IMG/VR virus record: IMGVR_UViG_3300010882_000004
Length of the DNA stretch: 33,937 nt
Reading direction: 5' to 3' (one strand)
Origin: a virus
Position numbers and translations under genes: made by a program. A model generated the notes under the pieces. It made no database searches. It saw only the letters and a program-made list of their open reading frames with translations, and was not told the DNA's origin. Shown here one piece after another: positions 33,815 through 33,937 of the stretch; position 1 is the first letter of the stretch, and every line of letters begins with the position of its first letter.

Positions 33815-33937
33815 AGCACCTTGAAAACTGAATACTGCATAGATGGAAAGGTGGTTCTCATGTTTAGGTTTTCTAAAGAGGACTGGATACTGTTTATTGT
33901 CTGGACGCTAATATGCGTTGCACTCAACCAGTTGGTC
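33815..33937. repeat. Terminal direct repeat copy B (identical to 1..123)
   Basis: Same 123-nt string as 1..123. It lies in the immunity region rather than near terS, so it is more likely a circular-assembly overlap than a physical DTR. Confidence 0.97.

Overview
The window is one complete, circularly closed genome of a temperate siphovirus-like phage. It is about 33.8 kb. The first 123 nt (1..123) are identical to the last 123 nt (33815..33937), so the unit length is 33,814 bp.

Gene order by module:
- Genetic switch: back-to-back promoters with GATTACGTAATC operators, spanning the window junction.
- Early and recombination genes: Cro-like HTH, Xis-like HTH, HNH-like protein, ERF annealase, Gp157-like protein, RusA and an HNH nuclease.
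- Replication: a replisome-organizer-like gene followed by an iteron-rich, origin-like gap.
- A lower-GC cluster of small Cys-rich genes that includes a Lar-like protein.
- A sigma/ArpU-like late regulator.
- Packaging and head: TerS, TerL, portal, MuF/gp7 fusion protein, scaffold and capsid.
- Connectors and tail: tail tube, chaperone pair, 1136-aa tape measure, baseplate proteins and a DUF859-like fibre.
- Lysis: endolysin and holin.
- A BppU/collagen-like fibre and an LRR protein, unusually placed after the lysis genes.
- Lysogeny module on the minus strand: attP with a tRNA 3'-end-like core, tyrosine integrase, XRE operon, HEPN/Abi_2 gene and an S24-type CI repressor.

No rRNA gene, complete tRNA gene, CRISPR array or transposase was seen.

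Candidates most worth follow-up:
1. A low-GC C-terminal HExxH domain fused to the MuF head protein, with a small downstream ORF and two terminators. This resembles a MuF polymorphic-toxin cassette.
2. A consensus-promoter operon encoding two tiny membrane peptides and an XRE regulator, next to int.
3. A 22-bp inverted repeat placing the same upstream element in front of two convergent, 3'-overlapping ORFs inside the immunity region.
4. The fibre gene pair displaced downstream of lysis.

All functional calls rest on motif recognition by eye and on synteny. No database search was run. Start codons were refined by hand from Shine-Dalgarno spacing.
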